Assembly: GCA_030145825.1 (NCBI GenBank)
Contig: JAIXHM010000001.1
Coordinates: forward strand, 1 to 47,765
Reading direction: 5' to 3'
Length of the DNA: 47,765 nt
Origin: Flavobacterium sp.
Lineage (GTDB): Bacteria > Bacteroidota > Bacteroidia > Flavobacteriales > Flavobacteriaceae
The notes beneath the pieces were generated by a model that was not told the origin of the DNA, searched no databases, and saw nothing but the letters and a program-made list of their open reading frames with translations. Below, one piece after another: positions 41,500-47,765 of this stretch. Positions within the stretch are counted from its first letter, which is position 1. Each line of letters starts with the position of its first letter. Position numbers and translations under genes: made by a program.

Positions 41500-42459
41500 A
41501 TGAAGTTTTACCCTTTACAGTTTGAGCCAATTTTAAAAGATAGAATTTGGGGTGGAACCAAGTTACAATCTGTTTTAAATAAAGAAATTACTTCTGAGAC
41601 AACAGGTGAAAGTTGGGAATTATCTACAGTTCCTAATGATGTTAGTGTTGTTACGAATGGCGATTTTATGGGTAAAAATTTAAATGAACTTATTGATTTA
41701 TTTCCAACTGAGATTTTAGGAGAAAGTGTTTTAGAACGTTTTGGTGCGCAATTTCCGTTATTGTTTAAATTTATCGATGCTAAAGAAGATTTATCAATTC
41801 AATTACATCCTAATGACGAACTAGCTCAAAAGCGTCATAATTCTTTTGGTAAAACCGAAATGTGGTATGTAATGCAAGCCGATAAAGGTTCGCGTTTAGT
41901 GGTTGGCTTTAAAAAAGATTCTACAAAAGAAGAGTATTTAGAAAAATTAGCTTCAAAAGAATTAATTTCACTTTTAGATGAAACGGAAGTTAAAACTGGA
42001 GATGTTTTCTTTTTAGAAACCGGAACCATACATGCAATTGGTGGCGGAGTTGTTATTGCTGAAATTCAACAAACTAGTGATGTTACATATCGTATTTACG
42101 ATTGGGATAGAGTAGATGCTAATGGAAACGGCCGTGAACTTCATACTGAATTAGCGCTCGATGCTATCAATTTCAATACTACTGATGCTAAGGTAACCTA
42201 TGAAAATATGGTAAACCAAAGTAATAAAACGGTTCATTGTAATTATTTTAAAACCAATGTAATTCCGCTAGATGGTAAAATGAATTGGGAATCTCACAAA
42301 GGATCATTTACGGTTTTAATGTGTACCGAAGGTAATTTTACTTTAGAAATTGAAAATGACTTGTATGCTTATAAAATGGGCGATACAGTTTTGTTGCCTG
42401 CTGCATTAGAAAATGCTAGTATTTCAGGAAAAGCCAATATACTTGAAGTTTGGGTTTAA
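41500..42459 (+). CDS. manA: Type I mannose-6-phosphate isomerase
   Basis: RIWGG, GESWE, LSIQLHP, KTEMW, HAIG, EIQQTSDVTYR. Confidence 0.92.
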   Translation: MKFYPLQFEPILKDRIWGGTKLQSVLNKEITSETTGESWELSTVPNDVSVVTNGDFMGKNLNELIDLFPTEILGESVLERFGAQFPLLFKFIDAKEDLSIQLHPNDELAQKRHNSFGKTEMWYVMQADKGSRLVVGFKKDSTKEEYLEKLASKELISLLDETEVKTGDVFFLETGTIHAIGGGVVIAEIQQTSDVTYRIYDWDRVDANGNGRELHTELALDAINFNTTDAKVTYENMVNQSNKTVHCNYFKTNVIPLDGKMNWESHKGSFTVLMCTEGNFTLEIENDLYAYKMGDTVLLPAALENASISGKANILEVWV

Positions 42460-42461
42460 AA

Positions 42462-42815
42462 TTATTCGCGTAAAATTTTCTCCATTTTTTTGCCTTTAGC
42501 TAACTCGTCAATTAGTTTGTCGAGATAACGTACTTTTTGCATAATTTTATCTTCAATTTCTTCTACGCGATAACCACAAATTACACCAGTTATTTTAGAA
42601 ATATTCGGATTTATTTGAGGAGCATGATTAAAGAAATCTTCAAAATTTACTTTATTAGTAATAATGGTTTCTAAATCTTTTTCGTTATAACCAGTTAACC
42701 AAAAAATAATTGTATTGACTTCTTCTTTTGTACGATTCTTTTTTTCTGCTTTTGCAATATAATGTGGATAAACACTTGCAAAAGACATTTTATATATGCG
42801 TTCTAGATTGTTCAT
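42462..42815 (-). CDS. DUF2200 family protein
   Basis: [39 protein letters not shown]; ATG at 42815. Confidence 0.85.
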   Translation of the reverse strand: MNNLERIYKMSFASVYPHYIAKAEKKNRTKEEVNTIIFWLTGYNEKDLETIITNKVNFEDFFNHAPQINPNISKITGVICGYRVEEIEDKIMQKVRYLDKLIDELAKGKKMEKILRE

Positions 42816-42916
42816 TTTACTAATAATCAATACCAAATATAAAAAACAACAAACACTTAACCATAAACTATCAACTAAAATAATTATCTTTGCATCAAAT
42901 TTTAAAATCAAATACA

Positions 42917-43186
42917 ATGGCAAGCATTAAAAACTTGAAAAAAGAAATTAACTACGTTTTAGGAGATTTAGTTGATATCGTTTATGTTTGGGAAATTACA
43001 AATGGAGGTCAACCAACTGAAACTACTGATGGTATTGTTGATTCTATCTATTCAACTTACGATGAAATGTTAGCGAAAATCAATAATCGTGGTGTTGAAA
43101 ATAGAAAAGCACATTTAAAACAAGTTCGTAAAGATTTTGAAGACTTTGCTAATCAAGTAGTTGCAAAAATCAACGATTTAAACTAA
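42917..43186 (+). CDS. Conserved Bacteroidota hypothetical protein
   Basis: [17 protein letters not shown]; ATG at 42917 downstream of a TATCTTTG element. Confidence 0.8.
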   Translation: MASIKNLKKEINYVLGDLVDIVYVWEITNGGQPTETTDGIVDSIYSTYDEMLAKINNRGVENRKAHLKQVRKDFEDFANQVVAKINDLN

Positions 43187-43215
43187 AAAAAAGTATAAAA
43201 AAATCACGTTTTTTC

Positions 43216-43246
43216 TTTGCAAATGTGAAAAACCGTTTTATATTTG
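43216..43246 (+). promoter_or_regulatory. Bacteroidota sigma-70 promoter of tRNA-Thr
   Basis: TTTG (43216-43219), 19 nt, TATATTTG (43239-43246). Confidence 0.75.
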
Positions 43247-43292
43247 CACCGCAATAAAGCAAACGGATTCTTAGAAAAACGTGGTTTTAGCT

Positions 43293-43366
43293 GCCGGTGT
43301 AGCTCAGCTGGCTAGAGCAGCTGATTTGTAATCAGCAGGTCGTGGGTTCGAGTCCCTCCATCGGCT
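43293..43366 (+). tRNA. tRNA-Thr(TGT)
   Basis: Acceptor GCCGGTG/CATCGGC, D arm AGCTCAGCTGGCTAGAGC, anticodon arm GCTGA-TT-TGT-AA-TCAGC, T loop GTTCGAG; CCA not encoded. Confidence 0.97.
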
Positions 43367-43369
43367 CTT

Positions 43370-43405
43370 AAAAGAGAAAACTTCAAAAGTTTTCTCTTTT
43401 TTTTT
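43370..43405 (+). terminator. Terminator after tRNA-Thr
   Basis: AAAAGAGAAAACTT-CAA-AAGTTTTCTCTTTT followed by a T run. Confidence 0.8.
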
Positions 43406-43448
43406 GAATTAAATGGACGAGAAGTTTATCCCGAGCGAAGACGAGGGA

Positions 43449-43467
43449 AGTCCCTCCATCGGCTCTT
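43449..43467 (+). repeat. 19-bp duplicate of the tRNA-Thr 3' end
   Basis: AGTCCCTCCATCGGCTCTT, identical to 43351-43369. Confidence 0.9.
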
Positions 43468-43469
43468 CG

Positions 43470-43503
43470 AAAACGTCTTACGAAAGTAAGGCGTTTTTTT
43501 TTC
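43470..43503 (+). terminator. Second terminator, after the duplicated tRNA end
   Basis: AAAACGTCTTAC-GAAA-GTAAGGCGTTTT followed by a T run. Confidence 0.8.
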
Positions 43504-43610
43504 TCATTTTAAAAAAATGCAATCTGTCACTTCAAACAAAGAATGAAACTATATAATGTTAATTGCATTTGATGGAATTTTAGTTTGTTCTAGAACAAGA
43601 TTATATTATA

Positions 43611-43640
43611 AAAAAAGAGGCTTGTACAAGCCTCTTTTTT
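43611..43640 (-). terminator. Terminator
   Basis: AAAAAAGAGGCTTG-TA-CAAGCCTCTTTTTT. Confidence 0.8.
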
Positions 43641-44353
43641 TATTGATTATTTTTTAAATCTTTGATGTGCTCTTTAAGCATTTGACCGTATTTAGATTCG
43701 GAAACCTTAGGGCTCATTTTGCTAGCAATCGTATCTAAGAATGTAATATTTATGTTAGCAATTTCACTTAAAGCAATATAAGGAGCAACTTCATATTCGC
43801 CATGTGTACTCGCAAAATTTGCTGTGTACAAATATTTTCTTTTTAATAATTTTTCGTAAGCTTTTTCAATACTATCTTGACGTTCAGCATTAAAATTTAA
43901 TTCGTTTTGAAGTCTTTTTTCCATAATAGATAAATTGTCTTCAGTAAAACGCTTGTTTATAGTATTGAACTCTTCCCATAATTCTTGGTTTTTTGAACCA
44001 GTAAATTTAGCACTACTATAAAACTCTTTCAATTTTGTAGAAACGGTCATTTCGCCAGGTTCAGCAAAGAATGCAAGGCTGTTATCAATAGAATTAGTTT
44101 GTCCTCGATCTAAAAATAAAAACAGAACTTCAGGCTCACTTAATGAAATGTTCTTTTCGAAATGAGAATCTCCTTTAAAAATAATACTATCTAAAACAAC
44201 AAGAGTGGTATCTTTTAATTGTTGAATGTATAATTTTCCTTGGCTCAAACCTTCAATATTTCCAGAAATGTGAAGGTTTTCACTTTCATTTTCTTTTTTA
44301 GAACAAGAAACTAAACTTAGTAATGCAAAACTTAGAATGCAAAATTTCTTCAT
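43640..44353 (-). CDS. DUF4369-domain lipoprotein
   Basis: Lipobox LVSC; GNIEGLSQGKLY, FFAEPG, SKYG. Confidence 0.8.
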   Translation of the reverse strand: MKKFCILSFALLSLVSCSKKENESENLHISGNIEGLSQGKLYIQQLKDTTLVVLDSIIFKGDSHFEKNISLSEPEVLFLFLDRGQTNSIDNSLAFFAEPGEMTVSTKLKEFYSSAKFTGSKNQELWEEFNTINKRFTEDNLSIMEKRLQNELNFNAERQDSIEKAYEKLLKRKYLYTANFASTHGEYEVAPYIALSEIANINITFLDTIASKMSPKVSESKYGQMLKEHIKDLKNNQ

Positions 44354-44362
44354 ATTTATAAT

Positions 44363-45667
44363 TTATTTTGGTGCAACAATTTCCATTAAATAAGCGCATA
44401 AAATTGCGCCATATGTTCCTACTATATAGCCAAAAATGGCTAATAAAACCCCTACACTTGCTAATGACGGATGAAAAGCTGAAGCTACTACCGGTGCCGA
44501 TGCTGCTCCGCCTACATTTGCTTGACTTCCAACTGCAATAAAAAAATAAGGTGCTTTTATTATTTTGGCTACCAAAAATATGACAATAAAATGAATTAAC
44601 ATCCAAATAACACCTACTAAAATTAGTCCAGGATTATCTAAAACTGCTGTTAAATCCATTTTCATACCTATAGAAGCGACCAATATGTAAATGAAAATGC
44701 TGCCTATTTTGCTAGCTCCGGCTCCTTCATAACTTTTTAATGGTGTAAATGAAAGACTTATACCAATAATTGTTGCTAAAGTAATCATCCAAAAGAAACT
44801 TCCACCAAAGGTTGAAGCAAAACTTTTTGGATCGCGAACAGTTTCAAAATTATTAGTAAAAAAATCGGCTAAAACTTGAGAACCCCAATGTGAAAATCCA
44901 ACGGCACCAAATGCAATTGCTGCAATAATCATATAATCAGTTAATGTAGGATTGCGCTTTACACTTTCTTGATAACTTGAAACTTTATCTTGTAATTCTT
45001 GAATAGAACTGTTATTTGCTTTTAACCATTTGTTGATGATTTCTTTTTTGCCAATTCCGTACAAAAGTGCCGCCATACCTATATTAGCAACTACAATATC
45101 AACTAACACCATTCCGCCATATTTTTGTTGGTTGAATTTAAAAATCTCTAACATAGCTGCCTGATTTGCACCTCCGCCAATCCAACTACCAGCTAATGTT
45201 GAGAGTCCGCGCCAAACTGCATCAAAACCTGCTCCACCAACAGTTTCTGGTGAAAAGATAGAAACGATTAATATTGCAATTGGTCCACCTAAAATGATAC
45301 CTAAAGTTCCAGCTAGAAATACAATTAAGGCTTTAGGACCAAGATTGAGAAGTGCTTTTAAATCAATACTTAAGGTCATTAATACTAACGCAGCAGGGAG
45401 TAAATATCTACTCGCAACAAAATAAATATGCGATTCATTTTCGATTACTCTTCCTGCTTCATTAACTTCTGTCCATTTATCTGCAATTATGTGTAGCGAG
45501 CTAAAGATAGATGGAAGTAAATAACAAAGTAATAAGGCAGGAACAACATTGTAGAATTTTTTCCAAAAACCTTCTTCTTTAGCAGAAGTATAGAAAACAA
45601 AACCAACAAGAATCATTAGAATACCAAAAACTATTGTATCATCTGTAAAATAAGGAGGGTTATGCAT
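44363..45667 (-). CDS. DUF819 family integral membrane protein
   Basis: Many transmembrane helices; GSWIGGGANQ and GSQANVGGAASAP repeats. Confidence 0.85.
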   Translation of the reverse strand: MHNPPYFTDDTIVFGILMILVGFVFYTSAKEEGFWKKFYNVVPALLLCYLLPSIFSSLHIIADKWTEVNEAGRVIENESHIYFVASRYLLPAALVLMTLSIDLKALLNLGPKALIVFLAGTLGIILGGPIAILIVSIFSPETVGGAGFDAVWRGLSTLAGSWIGGGANQAAMLEIFKFNQQKYGGMVLVDIVVANIGMAALLYGIGKKEIINKWLKANNSSIQELQDKVSSYQESVKRNPTLTDYMIIAAIAFGAVGFSHWGSQVLADFFTNNFETVRDPKSFASTFGGSFFWMITLATIIGISLSFTPLKSYEGAGASKIGSIFIYILVASIGMKMDLTAVLDNPGLILVGVIWMLIHFIVIFLVAKIIKAPYFFIAVGSQANVGGAASAPVVASAFHPSLASVGVLLAIFGYIVGTYGAILCAYLMEIVAPK

Positions 45668-45758
45668 TTTAAATTTTTATTGATTGAAGGCAAATAAAAG
45701 AAAAAATCCCCAAATTACTAAGTAAAATGAGGATTTTTAAATTGTATTCAAAAAGAAA

Positions 45759-47765
45759 TTACCCTTTTAACCAAGCTTCACGTAAAGCATTTTTACTAGC
45801 ATCGGTTGCTTTATAACCTTCAGCAGTTTCTTTTGGCATTATAGCTTTTCCTTTTAACTCTAAATCTTTTCCGTTACGGTTAATTTTAAAAGTCATTTCA
45901 TCTCCATCTTTCCAACTCATGCTGCTCATTACTAAATCGTAAATGTTGTCTAAATTATAGTTAGTTCCATTTACAGCTAAAATTTTGTCATCGTTTTGAA
46001 GACCTAAAGTTTTCATGAATTCATTCAATTCAATACCAGGTAAAACTTTAATCTCTTTTGTAGCTGGATCTACAGTAATGTAAGGAGTTTGACCTTTTAA
46101 GAAAGGATTTCCGGTTTTCTCGTAAGTAGCTTCAGTAACACCCATTTTTGCAAAAAACTCATCGTAGTTAATAGGTGTTTCACCAGCTACATATTTTTCT
46201 AAAAATGCTCCAACTTCAGGATAGGTTAATTCAGTTATTTTTGTAAATAATTCTGAATCTTTGAATGCTTTAGAAGTTCCATATTCTTTAGAAAGTTTAT
46301 TCATTAAATCTAGAATTCCTCTTTCACCATTACTTTTTTCTCTAATTATAATATCAACACACATTGCAATTAATGCACCTTTTTGGTACACATTTACATA
46401 TTGATCTTTATAAGGTTGGTCAAATACGTTTTTACTCATTTTAGTAAAACTCATGTTGTCGTTCATTTGTTTTGATTGAACAATTTTTTGAGCCATTCTT
46501 TGGAAAAATTCTTCTTCATCAATTAATCCTTGATTAACTTGGAATAAATTTGCGAAATATTCTGTAACTCCCTCATACATCCATAAGTGCTCAGACATTT
46601 GAGGCTTATTGAAGTCGAAATATTGAATTTCGTTTGAATGAACTGTTAAAGGCGTAACAATGTGGAAAAATTCGTGAGAAACTACATCTTTTAATTGTTC
46701 TTGTAGCATTTCTAATCCCATCATTTCAGGCATTACAACTGTTGTAGAAGTTGGATGTTCTAATGCACCAAAACCTTTAGCATCATTTGCTTTTACGTCA
46801 GATAAATACAATAAAATAGCATATTTCTTAGTAGTATTCATTTTACCTAAGAAACGCTTTTGAGCTTTCATCATGTTTTCCATGTTAGGTGTAATATCTT
46901 TAGCAGTATATTTTCCTGTAGGAGAATAAACGCTAATGATAATTTCCATATCATCAATCATGAAAGTCGTAAAATCTGGTTTAGAATACATAATTGGGTT
47001 TTCAACCAACGTAGCGTAACGCGATGTATAAAAAACATCTGATGTATCTCTCATGTCAGTATCAGTCATGGCTGAAACTCCTAATAAATTTGCAGGATGT
47101 TGTACAGTTAAACGATAAGGTGTTTCTGTTTTATCAGCAAAATAACCTACAAATCCATGCGTATTTAGCATGAAGTTTTCACCTACTTTAATATTTGTTC
47201 CAGCTGGAGAGAAAACATCTTCACTTTGTCCAGAAAAATGACCACCAGTTTCAGTGTCAAATGTGTCGTTAACCCAATAAGTAACTTTAGCTAATGACTT
47301 AGCATTACTAATTTTATAAGTGTTTTCATCTAATTTAGCAACCGATAAACCATTTCCTTTGGCGTCAAATGCTTTTACGTTTTCTATAAATCTTCCGTAA
47401 TCGTCTTCAGAATATGTTCCTGGAACAGTTTTAGGAATCATGAAAGTTGTAGTTTCTGAAGTAATTGTTGGAGGAACAACAGTAACCATAACTTTATCAT
47501 CTTTAACATTAACTAAGTCGATAGTAACATCAACATAATCGTCTGTACCCTCGAACCCGGGGAAAGAAGGCGCCCCATATGAATATATCTGAATCGGTCC
47601 CTTGGAGGTATCGTGCGCGAGACCTGTTGGAGGTAACCATATAAAATTGTAATCGTCTATTTTACTGATAGAAGTGACGGAATGTCTGTTTACCCAATCG
47701 CCGATCGAGTTGTCCCAGTAAGAATCATGTGCCACGGTATTTTTTATATAAACCAACTGCGACCC
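45759..47765 (-). CDS. M61-family metallopeptidase with C-terminal PDZ-like region; frame open to window edge, 5' ~75 codons atypical
   Basis: PKTVPGTYS, FGALEH, SHEFFH, LWMYEGVTEY, YQKG. Confidence 0.85.
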   Translation of the reverse strand, partial: GSQLVYIKNTVAHDSYWDNSIGDWVNRHSVTSISKIDDYNFIWLPPTGLAHDTSKGPIQIYSYGAPSFPGFEGTDDYVDVTIDLVNVKDDKVMVTVVPPTITSETTTFMIPKTVPGTYSEDDYGRFIENVKAFDAKGNGLSVAKLDENTYKISNAKSLAKVTYWVNDTFDTETGGHFSGQSEDVFSPAGTNIKVGENFMLNTHGFVGYFADKTETPYRLTVQHPANLLGVSAMTDTDMRDTSDVFYTSRYATLVENPIMYSKPDFTTFMIDDMEIIISVYSPTGKYTAKDITPNMENMMKAQKRFLGKMNTTKKYAILLYLSDVKANDAKGFGALEHPTSTTVVMPEMMGLEMLQEQLKDVVSHEFFHIVTPLTVHSNEIQYFDFNKPQMSEHLWMYEGVTEYFANLFQVNQGLIDEEEFFQRMAQKIVQSKQMNDNMSFTKMSKNVFDQPYKDQYVNVYQKGALIAMCVDIIIREKSNGERGILDLMNKLSKEYGTSKAFKDSELFTKITELTYPEVGAFLEKYVAGETPINYDEFFAKMGVTEATYEKTGNPFLKGQTPYITVDPATKEIKVLPGIELNEFMKTLGLQNDDKILAVNGTNYNLDNIYDLVMSSMSWKDGDEMTFKINRNGKDLELKGKAIMPKETAEGYKATDASKNALREAWLKG

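Overview
AT-rich Bacteroidota DNA, most likely Flavobacterium or a close relative (TAnnTTTG promoters, PorV-family gene, crtIBZY cluster). Bases 1-~14765 are the right part of an integrated defence island. It ends at a tRNA-Ser-like 3' att repeat and contains: a 5'-truncated STAND/Avs-like NTPase; a five-gene CBASS operon of unusual make-up (DUF3892-like, LRAT/permuted NlpC-P60 enzyme, frameshifted patatin effector, CD-NTase, E2+SEC-C) divergent from an XRE-HTH/ImmA-IrrE peptidase pair; an Mrr-like nuclease; an AbiEii-type pair; a non-coding array of long hairpins; and a small phage/satellite-like module. Bases ~14770-47540 are ordinary core chromosome (katG, hemN, trx, ridA, crt genes, lptB, tatC, kdsD, recQ, nnr, idi, queD, manA, tRNA-Thr, M61 peptidase). 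The last ~225 bp are compositionally foreign. The best candidate for an undescribed system is the LRAT+DUF3892-containing, E2-only CBASS variant. All family assignments come from motif recognition by eye; no database searches were run.
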